Shown here: in pieces, positions 1 through 13,289 of the stretch
Numbering within the stretch: position 1 is the stretch's first letter
Layout: each line of letters opens with the position of its first letter
Program-made: the position numbers and the translations under genes
Source of the DNA: Cycas panzhihuaensis
Lineage: Eukaryota; Plantae; Cycadophyta
Length of the DNA stretch: 64,000 nt
Assembly: GCA_023213395.1 (NCBI GenBank)
Contig: CM041465.1
Span: 166,725,741-166,789,740, forward strand
Direction: 5' to 3'
The notes under the pieces: generated by a model
Databases searched by the model: none
What the model saw: the letters and a program-made list of their open reading frames with translations, nothing else
Told to the model about the DNA's origin: nothing

Positions 1-2805
1 TGAACTCTTAGATGAGTTGTATGGAACCCATTTCTTTACGAAAATTGATTTGAGATTGGGACATTATCAAATCCATATTAGAGTGCATGACACAACAAAA
101 ATGACGTTCCACACTCATGAGGGGTACAATGAGTTTAGAGTTATGTTGTTAAGATTGATGAATGCATTGGCTACTTCTCAATCCACCATGAAAAATAGAG
201 TTTTGTTTTCTTTGATGATATCTTGATCTATAGCAAGTGTTGGGAAGAGCATTTACAACATGTTCAACAAGTACTATGAACTCTCCAAGACAATGCATTA
301 TTTGCCAACAAGGCTAATTGTACCTTTGAGAGGTAAGAAATGAAATACCTTGGCCAAATTATCTTTAATGACAGAGCCAAGATGGATCTAAAGAAAAATA
401 AAAGCAATATTAGATTGGGCCACTCCTCCACATGTAATGAAGGTGAAGGGATTTTTAAGAGCTGTAGAGTTCTACAAAAGGTTTACCAAAGGTTACGATT
501 ATACAGCGATCCTCCTTTTAGACCTAATAAAAAAGGATGTGTTTAAATGAGATGATCGAGCTGATAAATCATTCAATGACCTTAAGAATATTATAACAGC
601 TCTGCTTGCTCTTGTTATGCTTGATTTCAAACAACCATTTGTCTTACAATATGATGCATTAGGGAAATGATTGGGTGCCATCTTAATATAAAATGGTTTA
701 TACCTATGAAGGTCGCAAATTCAAGGGGAAAGAGAAAGCATGGCATATCTACAAAAGGGAGATGTTGGCCATTATCCATGCAATTATGAAATGTTTGCAA
801 TATTTACTGGGCAACAAATTCCAAGTTATGATAGATCATGATAGTTTTAAATATTTTTTAAAACAACCTACTTTGTTAGAATAACAACAGAGATGGGTAA
901 GCAAATTACAAGCCTTTGATTTTGAAATAATTTATGAAGGGCAAAAGGAATGTTGTTCTAGATGCACTAGCATGAAAAGATGAAGGATTGTCATTAACTA
1001 CCCTGTTTGTAATAGCTCCCACATGGATCACCATAATACAATAGGAATATATTGACGATGTGTCAATCCAAGAACTTATTCAATAATTTGAAGACAATGC
1101 GTAGTTGTGGGGTAAGATATTCGAATGGGAAAACAACATGTTTTGGTGTAAGGATTGAATCTACTTAGCACCCAAGTCTACATTTAAGAATACAACATTT
1201 AGGAATGTCATTCCACCCCTACTGCGAGACATATTGGGATAGACGAGACCTACAAAAGCATTAAGTGATCCTTCTTTTGGAGGGGGTTGAACAAAGACAT
1301 TCATTAGTTCATAATAGAATGTGATGCCTATTAGAGAAACAAGTTGGAGAAGGTTAAGACCTTGGGTCTTTTGTAGACATTATATGTTCTTGAGAAGAAA
1401 TGGGAAGAAATATCTATGGACTTTGTCAGAAGTTTGCCAAACTCATAAGGCAAGAATGTGATAATGGGGGTCATTGATCAACTTAACAAGTATGTTTTCT
1501 TCAGGGAGAACAACCTATTTTAACACTAGCAAAATTGTAGACATTTTTATAAAAGAGATCCATTGACTACATAGATTCCCAAAAATCATTGTGATTGATT
1601 AAGACATGAAATTCACAAGTGATTTTTAGAGAGAAACTTCCAATTTAATAGGAATTGAATTAAATATGAGCATTGCATACCATCCTCAAAGAGATGGTCA
1701 AACTAAAGTAGCGTGAATAAAAGTTTGGAAGAACACCTTGAGTGTTTCACATTAGATAAATGGTGACACTGGCGCAAGTGTTTACATTTGGACAAATGGT
1801 GGTATAATACTATATATCACATGACAATGCAAATGGCATCTTTTAAAATACTCTATGGTTATGACCCACCATTCCTAGTCCATGTTGTTACCAAGCCAAA
1901 AGTTCCAGTAGTGAAGGAGTAGATGGAAAAGATGGAGAGTATTCTTTGTAGTCTCAAGGATAATTTAATATCACAAGAAAGGGGATGAAGCAACTAAAGG
2001 ATTTACAACATTCAGAAGGACAATTTGTGGTGGGTGATTGGGTATTTTTATGATTGCAGCCTTATAAACAACCCATCTTAAAGAAGTCAGGAAAACAAAA
2101 GCTTTAGCCCAAGTTCTATGGTCCATTTTAGGTTCATAGGAAGCTTTCAAAGTCATTTACCTACTGAGTCTACCTGATGGTCATATTCCATGTATCTTGT
2201 CTAAAGAAAAAAATTGGAGAAAAATCATGTCAAAATCGTTTACCAATTGAATTTATTTGATGGTCGTATTCCGTGTATCCTATCTAAACTTCTCTACCAA
2301 CATTATACGAAGAAGGATCCCTCGTTATGTAGCCCAAGATAATCATTGGCACTAGGTTGAAACCCTTATGGAACAAACAGATCAAGCAATACTTAGTAAA
2401 ATGGAAAGATATGGATATTGAAGATGCAACCAAGGAAGATGAAGATTGGTACCAATATAACTTGCAAGTTTTGATGCCTTGAGGGAAAAGTATCTGTTGA
2501 GGTTTGGGGTTGGGTTAGAGGGAGTGGGGGTTGTGACGGCTCGAAACCTTCTTTTGTAGGTTTGGGGCCTCTTCATGGGTATTTATGGCACTCTTGGCAA
2601 AGGGTTGAACATCATTGGAGTTACCAGGTTAATTGGAGGTCAACTATAGGTATTGGTGTATACCTTGAGGCACCCTTGCCTTGAAGAGGGTTAAGCACTC
2701 AACATTGACTCATTTCTTTTGCACTCTTTGATTGTTAATATTAATATATTAGACATTTCATGATTATTTTGGTGTGGGAGAGCTATAGAACCCCATGTTT
2801 TTACA
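1..2805 (+). mobile_element. Ty3/gypsy chromovirus, 3' part (RT-RNaseH-integrase-chromodomain, PPT, 3' LTR), decayed; inserted into the gag of copia-1
   Basis: RT motif FFTKIDLRLGHYQI (ORF 17-226), RNaseH KREMLAIIHAI (693-884), integrase ISMDFV/AYHPQRDGQT, chromodomain-like KQYLVKWKDMDIEDATKE (~2380-2440). PPT GAGGGAGTGGGGG (~2518-2530) then a TG..CA segment 2532-2805. Many stops and frameshifts. Confidence 0.9.
2532..2805 (+). repeat. 3' LTR of gypsy chromovirus
   Basis: Begins TGTGAC just after the PPT and ends TTACA; copia gag resumes immediately after. Partner LTR is outside the window. Confidence 0.7.
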
Positions 2806-5565
2806 AGCACTAATGCTCATGAATCAATTGTATAGCATTAAGCTATTAGATGCCATGACAGATCACATGCAACAAATTGAGGCAATTAAAAACCAACTTG
2901 GCATTATTGGTGAGATAGTTATCAATAAAGAATTAATTACCTCTCTCAAAAGTCAAATCCCTCCTCCCCCATATGTCCTATGAGATCTTTGTTACAAGAT
3001 TAACCATAGTTGGAAAGCTTGGAAGAATGATGTTTAATGAGCTTGAGGGCTTGTGATTGCAACACGATCAATTGCTAAGAGAGGGTGGAGGATGTGAGTT
3101 ATTTGAAGCATATACTGCAAAATATAAAGGGAAGAAGAAAGTCTGTACTCCAAAGGAGATAGAGAGTAAAATATTCAAAAAAAGGGTCCAAAATTTTTTG
3201 AAGGACAAAATAAATTGAAGACATGTTACTGTTGTGGCAAGCCTACACATTTCAAAAGAGATTGTAGAAAGATGTAGTATGATCAATAAAAGAATAGGCA
3301 ATTTGATCATTTTGCAAAAGAGGAGGATTTAAAGGGCAAACATCTTTTTATTGCAACTTATAAGTCAAAGCACAATGCTAAATAATTTTGGTACATTGAC
3401 TCATGAATGACTTGATGCATGAAAAACGAAGAAGAGTGGTCTCAAGATATGAACAAGTCAATAGGAGAATCTATCATACTTGGATACAACTTTGCATCAC
3501 CAATTGATGGAGTTGGTGAAGTCTCAATAAATGGTGATAACTGCATTAGTGATGCGTTTCATGTACCTAATTAGGGAAGAATTCAATCTTTATAAGCCAT
3601 ATTGGTAACAAGGGCATGAATGCTCACTTTGAAAACGACCAATATACAATTAGAGATAAAAATAAAAAGATTGTGGTAATAGGTATTGAAGATGAAGGCC
3701 TTTATAAGTTAAAGGGGAAATTTGGAGATTAGAAATCTTTTATTGTTGATGTAACTAAACGAGATCAATTGTGGTATAATTACATTAGGCATATGAAGTA
3801 CTCCTTTCTCATTACTTAAAATAATTGTTGACAAATGTTTGTGTGATGCTTCCATAGTGGGTAAACAACATAGGAAAATTTTTTTAAAGTTAAAGCCTAG
3901 AGAGTAGAGGAGAAATTAGCCTTGGTGCATTTTGATTTGTGTGGTCCAATGTCAATAGCATCACATGGTGGTGCTAAGTATGTTTTGAACTTTCCTTGAT
4001 GATTTCTTAAGGAAGATGGGTGTACTACATCAACGATATGCCTCGAACTTTTTTGATATTCAAAGAATTTAAAGAGGAAGCTAAAATTGAAGGTGGGATG
4101 AAATTAAAGGCACTAAGATCAGATAATGGGGGTCATATACCTGAAGGGAATTAGAATAATATTGTAAGAGCCATGGAATCAAGAGGCAATTCACAACTCC
4201 TCATATGCCCCAACATAATGGCGTAGCAAAAAGGATGAATAGGACTCTTGTGGAGAATGCTAGGGCAATGATGAAAGCTAGAGGTCTATTTGAGCCTTTC
4301 GGGTAAAACTTGTTAGAAATGTAACTCCTAGGGAGGCATTGTCTAGAAGAAAGCCTACAATCACTTGGTATTTCAGACTCTTTAGTTGTATTGCACATAG
4401 GTACCTTCCAAAGGAGAAGTGTTATAAATTTAATAATAAAAGTACCAAGTGTTTCTTCATTGGTTATAGTGAGGTAAGCAAAGCTCACCATGTATACAAG
4501 TTAAAATCTAAGAAGTTGCATAACTTTGGACATCATCTTTGAAGAAGGTGATAAAGAAATTAACTTGGGGGCATTGGAGTTCAAACAAGACAAAGGGAAA
4601 GCAATTTAGAATCCACCATAATCTTCAAGGTAATTGACAAAGTCTGAACTAGATAATGACAAAGAGGTGGGGGATACTTAGCTTGAAGTCATTCTTATAT
4701 AGAAGAAATTATCCAAGTGGTACTTGCAAATAGTTGTTGATGCATAGTTGTTTGAGACAAAAGGGAAGCAACAATCCAAGATGGGATCGATACAACCGGT
4801 TAATTATGCTCTTATGACACAAGTGTGTAATGTAGAAGCACCATAGACTTTTGAGAAGGCAAGTCAAGAATGAAAGTGGAAGGTTGCTGTGGATGAAGAA
4901 AATCAGGTATTAAAGGAAAACAAGATGACTTGGAACTTAGTGAAATTGCTAAAGGGTAAACAAGCAATTGGATATAGATGGGTCTTGAAGTTCAGATCGG
5001 ATGGCTTGATCGACAAGCATAAGGCTAGATTAGTAGCCAAGGGTTTCAAACAAAAGGAAGGAATTGACTGCTAGGAAATCTTTGCACTAATGTTTAAAAT
5101 GATGACTATTAGGATTATATTTGCATTTTTTTGCACAATTCAAACGGTAGCTACATCAACTTCATGTTAAGAGTGCCTTCCTCAATGGGGACTTGATAGA
5201 AGTCATCTATATGGAGCAACCACTAGGATATGCAGAGAAGGGTAAGGAACCCTTGGTATGTAATTGTAGAAAGGCATTGTATGGATTGAAGTAGACTCAT
5301 AAAGCTTGGTACCCCAAAATTGATGATTACTTTTAAAATAATGGGTTTGAAAAGTCTTAAGTAGATCCTAACCTATACATAAAGGTTCAAGTTGGTTGGT
5401 TTGTGATTTTGGTTATTCTGTATGTCGATGATTTAATCATAACTGGTAATGATACCTCAACGGTGGAGGAGTTGAAGGATTTGAATGACAATTTTGAGAT
5501 GTTAGGTCTTGGACTACTACATTATTGCCTTGGAATAGAAGTTTGGTATAAATATGGCACAATAG

Positions 5566-5957
5566 TGTTAGATATGTTGAACACTTTGCAAGTGTTACAT
5601 GGGTATAGGCGTTACACCCGAGCCCCTTTGTGTTTTATGGGGGTCTTTGTTGGCCCAATGGTTTATGCCCATTGTATTGTAAAACCGCAAGGCGGTATCT
5701 TGTAATGTTGTGTCTATATATTCTTATGTAACGGCACATGTAACATGATGATAGTGGTGTGGATGAGTCGAGGAGAAGAGTTGGGGATTTTTCATCTCTG
5801 TAATTCTTTAGCTGTTGCTCAGATTAATAAAAGGTCTATGCTTAGACTTGAATCTGCGGTGTTTTTTGTTGAGTGCTTGATTTGTTTATGTTATTTGTTC
5901 TTTGCATGGTTTAGAGTTCTGTTATCATATTGCTTCTATGATTATATTTTCTTTTCA
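5566..5957. mobile_element. Solo LTR (392 bp) inside copia-1 RT
   Basis: TGTTAG...TTTTCA termini; flanks AATAG/GATAG (4/5 TSD); interrupts RT reading frame; no adjacent PBS or PPT. Confidence 0.75.
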
Positions 5958-6799
5958 GATAGAATGACAATTTTGAGATGTTAGGTTTTGGATTACTACA
6001 TTACTACCTTGGAGTGGAAGTTTGGTATAAATATGGCAGGATATTTATCTCTCAAGCTAAGTCTAGAAGGGAAGTTTTGAAAAGATTCTAGGTGTATGCT
6101 TGCATCAACTGAAATGGAAATGGGAACATAGTTATCAACTCATGATGAAAGAAAATAGGTGGATTGCACTTTGCATAGGTAGTTAGTTGGTAGTTTGATC
6201 TATCTTACTATAACTAATTGTCATGGTATCTAGGTTTATGATAGAACCTAGGCAAAGTGAGTAGAAGGCTGCAAAGTGAATTTTGAGATATTTGCATGGA
6301 ACTTTGCAGTTTGGACTCGAATTTTGTTGATCACAACAACTTCAAGTTGGAGGGGTTCTCTAATTCAAACTAGGCTAGATGCATTGAAAGTAGAAGGTCC
6401 ACTTTTGGATATTGTTCTAGTCTTGGTTAACCAATAATGCCTTGGGAGTCTCAAGAAACAACCCAATGTTGCCCTATCATTGATTGAAGCAAAGCATAAT
6501 ATTGTAATTAGAGACAAATTGTTGTTGACTTGGGACTTCATCAAGAAGATTTTATGAAGTTGTATTGTGACAATCAAAGTGCATTTAAGATAGTTAAGAA
6601 TCTTGTGTTTCACACGCACAACAAATACATAAACGTCCATTATCACTTCATTAGGGAGCAAGTCTAGTCAAATTGATTTACAACTACACCCATGGGTAGT
6701 CGGGTATTATTTTCAGCAAATCGTTGGCACAATAGAAGTTTGGAAAGATTAGAGATGGTCTTGGTATGAAAGCCAATGGAGTAAACATTAAGAGGGGAT

Positions 6800-7086
6800 T
6801 GGTAGACTTAATGTAATGTACTTTGTACTTCATAGGGTCAAGACTTAATATTGTGGGTTCTAATCCTTTATGTGGGTTAATTAATAATCCCTACATGGAT
6901 GGCATGTGTCCAACATGCACAAGCATAAGCTTTAATATATACATGTGTATGTTGTACCTCTCATTCATGGAATATCAATCATTCTTTGGTTGGTGGACTA
7001 ATTCTACCACTCATATCTTTGCTTTTCCTTTGCATGCGTTCTATTCTTAGGTGTTTTTTTCTTTCATAAACTTGGGGTCTTCATCA
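6800..7086 (+). repeat. 3' LTR of copia-1
   Basis: Follows the PPT; begins TG, ends TCATCA; right edge approximate. Confidence 0.6.
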
Positions 7087-7089
7087 CTC

Positions 7090-7400
7090 AATGATTTTCA
7101 TTATGAAGTTTAATTTTTTGACTCCCTTATCAAAATTTACTGCAAATTGGTTGGCTCCAAGTCGGGTTGTAATGGAAAAAAGTATGCATATGAAACTTGG
7201 TCAACCTATTGGCATTGATGCATATGTGGTCCTCTCTTTTGATTTGTGGAAATTGGCGATGAAAATCGTTGTCATACTTTCCTCTTCCTAGCCTTGTAGG
7301 GGTTTAAGCAATATGGGGACATACAATATCAAACTTGTTTTTTAGGCAATAGCCTATAGGATTTCCTCTCATTCCTTGATAGACAAGGAATGACTCGTCT
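7090..7400 (+). pseudogene. Possible LINE ORF1 remnant (DUF4283-like)
   Basis: Weak resemblance only: KLGQPIGIDA...PLPSLVGV..MGTYNIKLVF across frameshifts. Confidence 0.25.
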
Positions 7401-7552
7401 TGTTGTATGTCTTTAACGATCTTGAATGCCCAAAGGTGTTTGCAATGTGGCAAAATAGATTTGATATTCAATCTAATAACTTGTAACACTCTGCAACTCA
7501 AGTATCATCACATCACCTACTACACATGACCCTTGCTTTTCGAGAGTGTATA

Positions 7553-7794
7553 TGCTAGAAATATTGTCAATGCACACACGCTAGAAAGTATTGAAGGCAA
7601 AAGTTTTACTTCTTGATTTTTATTCATGAGAATATATACATATAAACACAAAATTTTAAGAGAAGCACCTACAAGGATATAGGTGTATGAGTGACACCTC
7701 AACAAGGAGATACAACCAACTTGAGAGGGAAGCTACAAGTCTACTTTTTAGAACTTAACCCGCCTATCACATGGATTAAACATTATTTCTAACC
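7553..7794 (-). repeat. 3' LTR of element A
   Basis: Aligns by eye to 16396-16679 with a ~40-bp deletion. Confidence 0.85.
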
Positions 7795-7968
7795 CCTTCC
7801 CCAATAATGTTTAATTCATTGTCTTTTATGCCAAGAAGTTCTTTGAACTTCTTGAATTTCTTCTTTTATCTTGAATTTCTTCTTTTATAAATATGTAAGC
7901 CAATTGGTCTTGAGTTGCCCCTAATGCATTAGCTGCATTGCCATGTAAGGTGTTCTACTTCATCATTT

Positions 7969-10900
7969 TGGCATCAAATTGAGCTCAAAAGCGCACACCA
8001 CTAATAAAAATCAAATTTTTAGTGTGTTAGGACAATTTGAAGGTCTTAAGGTGTCTTCATATAGTTATTTTTGAACAAATTTGCTTAGCACTTGGAAAAA
8101 TTCTTTACTTCAAGCACTAAGAAAGGAAGCTTTCAAAAGCACTACAAGCAAGCAAACAATTTTTTATCTTTCAAGCATCATACTTGGTAGCATTTAAAGT
8201 TAAAACAAATATTCAAGTTATTTGAGTGATTCAATTAACTCCATTTGGCATTGCACTTCATTTCACCTAAAAAAAATGATTAAAATTTTTACATTGGGAG
8301 GCCCAAAAAAGCTCTTTACCTTGTCTTAAGTCTTAAGATTGGTGCATTCCCTAGGGGACTAATCGGCTATACGATTAGTGCACAATAATTAAGACTAAAA
8401 TTTGTTGAAAAGAGATTTGAAAATGATGTTACTGGAGTTGTTGATTCCAAGGAAAGCACGGTATGACCGTGCAGATCAACCCTACCTGCTTGTTCTAAAA
8501 ATTGTTTTGGCTAATTGTTGGATCTCTTTATAGATTAGGGTTGGACCACTTAAAAAGCCTAGCCCTGCACTTTTTCAGTTGTTGGATCTTTTTATAGATC
8601 AGGGCTATTGGTGTGCTTGCAAGTGGAACTTAAGCAATGAAAGCTTGGGAGTTCCAAATCAATTATTTAGTTACAAAAATTTAATTTAACTTGAACACTT
8701 AATCATAGCTGCTATTTCAATGCTTAATGCAAGTCACATTAAATTAATTTATTAGAAAAGTTTCAAGATTGGGAAAAACAAGTAAAGAACTTGTTAATTT
8801 TGAATGAACTATGGAACTATGTTTGTTGGAGACTTTCAAACCCAATTCCAACTCAAGGTCTTGTTGATGCAAATGCGATGATACCTGCTGATCCTGCTTT
8901 AGTTGTTGCATAGAAATCTAAGGATGAAATAGCCTTAACTTTCATACATATGATGCTTCATAACATTGTCGATTAGAACGTTGTTAATGTTTCTATTTCT
9001 AAAGAAGCATAGGACGTTTGATTGTCATTGTATGAAAGTTGAGATGATGTTCGCATAGTCATGTCTAAAGCAAAGTTGTTTTGTATTAAGTTGAGCCTAT
9101 GACTATTTTTTTGTCTAATGTAAAGGGGATCAACAATTAACTAAAAATTTTGGGAAAGCTTGCATCAAATGAAGACCTTGTTATTGCCACCATCCATGCA
9201 TTTCCAAGGGAGTACAATGGTTTCATTTTCTCAATCACATAAGGAGGCACTTAGTGCATCGTGATTTTCAATCAACTAGAGTGTCTCTTGTTGCAAGAAG
9301 AGCAAATCTACTCTCGTCAAGATGAAGGGATAACATCAAAGAGCATTTAGTGCAAAACACAAAGGCAAACAATCTACAACCCTCAAATAAAAGCTTTAGA
9401 AACTATTTGCAAATCTTAACATCAATTGCTTTTAAATCAAAACATATTATATGCCATTATTGTGGCAAGGTTGGCCACATTCAACTTGAATGCATAAAGA
9501 AGCAACATGACATGCAACACCAACAACAACTGCAACAATAACAACAATAGAAGCAACAGTGGCAACAACCCCCACAAAGACCAAATTGAGGTGCATGTTG
9601 AGGAGGTTGTTGTGGAAGCCAAAGGGGGGCATACAAAGGTGACTATTAAAGCCACATCAATTAATTTGATGATGAAAAGTTGGTTTATGCATATGACAAC
9701 AACAATAGTGACAAAACATGGATTGTCATCTCAGGTGCATCTTGTCACATGACTGAAGATGCTAATTTATTGGATGAGATTGAAGAGAGCAAGGGTCAAA
9801 CTATTACTTTTGGTAATAATTAAATTGTTCAAATATCTAGTATTAGAAAAATTGTCTCATTCAACACTTCACAAGACCCTACTCAATCATTTCCTAGTGG
9901 TGATGTCTTTCTAGTTCCATTAATGTCTAAAAATTCTTCTATCTGCTAGCTAACTTGACAAGCAACAGATGAACATATTATTTAAAAATGGAAAACGTAC
10001 TATTAGTACATAAACAACCAAGTGATTGCTATTGGTTATGACGACTATGGATTTTACAAAATGGATGCGACACTTGGCAAATCACATGCCTATATCACTT
10101 AGTCATTGATTAAGGAGAAGCTTTGGCATAATAGGTTAGGTCACTTGAAGTTAGAGCATATCAAATTGATGTTCAGAAAGAATAAGGTGTTCGACTTACC
10201 TAAGGTCTCAACAGTAAGTGCTTATGTGAGACATGTATTTTGAGGAAACAACCCAAAGAACCTTTTTCTAAAAGGTCAAGCATGGTGGGTTCAATAGTTA
10301 TTGTAATTGGTACATATGGATATTTGTGGACCCTTGTCTACACAACCTCTTGGTAGAGCATCATTTTTTATCACCTTCATAGGTTACCTCTCTCATAAAG
10401 TTTGGGTAGATTGTATGAAGCACAAATTTGAAACATTTTCTAAGTTCAAAGAATTCAAACTTGCTGTAGAGGAGGAATCAAATATACAAATCAAAATTTT
10501 GCAGTCTGACAATGGAGGTGAATTCACTTGAAAGGAATTCAACTAGTATTGCATTGATAATAGCATCAAGCATCAACTTACTACTCCATACACACCGCAA
10601 TAAAATGTGGTAGGAGAGAGAATGGATGGAATTCTTGTAAGCAAAGCTAAGGTGATATACGTGTTAAAAGTCTTATGTAGTCTTATTGGGCAGAGGCACT
10701 TCACACAACTGTCTATGTCATAAATAGGAGCTCCTCAACTGCAGTCTGGGATATGACAACTGAGGAGGCTTGGATTGGTAGAAAGTTAACTGTCAACCAT
10801 TTACACACCTTGGGCTGCACAATTTATGTGCACATTCTCCAACAACAAAGGCAAAAATTTGATGACAAGAATTTAGAATGTATCTTCATTGGTTATATAA

Positions 10901-13279
10901 TAGGAAGCAAAGCATAATGGGTTTATGAGCCCATTGGCAAAAAAACTCATGTAACTAGAGATGTTATCTTTGTTGAAGATAATGAGGAAATGGATACTTC
11001 TATCCATATTTCCCTTAACAAAGGCAAAGTGATTGATGAGGATTGACTTTCCTCACAATCGTCCATACCATGTGCATCATCAACACTTGTATCTTCTTCT
11101 TTGTCTATCCATTTACCTTTTCAGTTCCTCTTGATTTTGGCAGTCTATCAAATATTGAGCAACCTTTAAGGGCTTAGGACATTGAGGTAACCACAACATT
11201 GATGAAGAGACTACACAAATGGTACTTGTAGATAATACAAGACGCACAAATAGTTTTGGTAAACGTCCATCCAAACTACAATAGTAGAATGTTAATCATG
11301 CACTTGTGGCTGAAGTGCTAATTGTTGATGAGCTTTCTACTTTTGAAGAGGCATGTAAAGACAAAGCGGAATGCTGCCATGGATGATGAAATCCATTTTA
11401 TTGAAAAGAATGAAACTTGGGATTTGGTTGAACTGTCTGAAGACAAACAGGCAATAAGTTGCAAATGGATTTATAAAACCAAGTTCCGATCTGATTGTTC
11501 AATTAAGTGATTGGTGGCTAAAGGTTTTAAACAAAAAGAAGGCATAGGCTATGATGAAACTTTTGTGCCAATGGCAAATATGAAACTATTAGACTTGTAA
11601 TGGCTTTAGCTGCACAATGCAAATGGCCTATTTTTCAGATGGACATGAAGAGCACCCTTCTTAATGGTGATCTTTCATAGGAGGTATATTTGGAGCAACT
11701 TCCTGGCTATAAGGAACATGGCAAAGAGCATTTGGTTTGTCACTTAAAAAAGGCTTTGTATGGCTTAAAGCAAACTCCACTTGCTTGGTATTCAAAAATT
11801 GATGACTACTTTGTGAGACATGGGTTTCACTGATCCTCGTCAGATCCAAACTTGTACGTAAAGGTTCGAAACAAGCAAGTGATCTTTGTCATTTTGTATG
11901 CTGATGACTTAGTTATCACAATAAGAGATACTAAGATGATTGAGAGTTTTCAAGAGGACTTGAAGAGAAGTTTCAAGATGATAGTTCTTGGGCTCCTATT
12001 TTTTAGGCTTGGAGGTATTGCAATAATTAGGCGACATCATCATTTTCCAAGTCAAATACACTTGGGGTATTTTGCAGTGATTCAAAATGGAAGACTGCAA
12101 ACCTTTGCCTACACTTATGGAGGCTAGTGTTAAACAAACACTTGATGAGGAAGCACAACCCATGGATTCCACTCTTTACAAGTAGCTAGTATGTAGTCAC
12201 ATCTACTTGACTAACAGTAGAACATATTTATTAAATGTAGTTAGAATTTGTTCACTATACATGTATCAATCTAATTAGAGGCATTGGAATGCAGTTAAAT
12301 GTATACTGAGATGCTTAAAAGGCACATTGTAGCATGCCTTTCAATATACACATATTGAGGACTTCATTCTAGAAGGGTTCTTAGACTCTAATTGGGTTGG
12401 ATGCCAGGATAGCTAGAGATCTACCTCGAGTTATTGTTTTAATATTGGGTTAGCTATTGTCTTGTGGAATTGCAAGAAGCAACCAAATGTTACTCTCTGG
12501 TATCCATAGAAGTAGAATAGAGAGTTGTGGTCAGTGTAACATGCGGGGCTATATGTCTAAGGAGGAATTTTAGCGAGGTTGGATTTGAGCAATCACACTG
12601 CCTTAGATTATACTGCGACAACCAATTTGTGCTCAAGATGATTAAGAATTTGGTTTTTCATGCAAGAACTAAGCATAATGAGTTCTATCACTACTTTATC
12701 AGAGAGGGTGTGCAGAATGGTGAGATTGACCTTGTCTACAGGCCAACAGATTATCAACTGGCAGATATCTTTACCAAATCACTTGGTAGAGAAAAGTTTG
12801 AGTTTTTAGACATGGCTTTGGGGTAAGACATAACATTGTAAACATTAAAGAGGGTGTGTTAGAACTTTTATGTTCTATTGTTAAGTTATGTATTATGTAA
12901 TGTACTTTTCACTTAATGTGTAAACTACACACTCACATTGCCTTAGTGTTGTATTATGTTGTAACTTATAGGTCAAGGGACCCTTTACCCTCTTTTTGCA
13001 TATTTGCACATATGCATGCATATAGGACACCTGTCCAACATGTAAGGTGCTTGCATGCATGTTTGACACTTGTCAAACATGTAGCACTCCAAAGGGGGGA
13101 CTTTCTCACCTATATATTGAGACCATTTTTTTCATGTATGGGTAGTGAGAGTGAGATGTATTGTTATGCTGTTGAGTTGAGTGCAAGTTAATTTTATTGG
13201 AGTTTATGATCAGTTCCTTCTCCATTTCATAACTTTCTTATGTGTTTGCTCATTTCTAGTTTATTGTTGATGCTAATCA
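7969..13279 (+). mobile_element. Ty1/copia element B (5' LTR largely missing), decayed gag-pol and 3' LTR, nested in A
   Basis: PBS-like TGGCATCA at 7969; gag ~8800-9500 with CHYCGKVGHIQLEC; integrase VHMDICGP...LQSDNGGEF; RT LYADDL; RNaseH FHARTKH...QLADIFTKSL. PPT AAAGAGGG ~12847-12854; LTR 12857-~13279. Confidence 0.87.
12857..13279 (+). repeat. 3' LTR of element B
   Basis: TGTTAG after the PPT, ends CTAATCA; integrase of A resumes on the - strand beyond it. Confidence 0.7.
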
Positions 13280-13289
13280 TCTTTATTTA

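Larger units (their letters stand above)
2806..7086 (+). mobile_element. Ty1/copia element copia-1 (gag 3' part, PR, integrase, RT, RNaseH, 3' LTR), decayed
   Basis: UBN2-like gag (2806-2980), CCHC knuckle CYCCGKPTHFKRDC (~3223-3265), integrase [26 protein letters not shown] and LYVDDLIITG, RNaseH ~6360-6770. PPT AAGAGGGGA (6790-6798), LTR ~6800-7086. Confidence 0.9.

Noticed and set aside
9437-9752. Poly-L/N/Q ORFs
   Set aside because: Alternative frames of a (CAA)n-rich linker in the gag of B.
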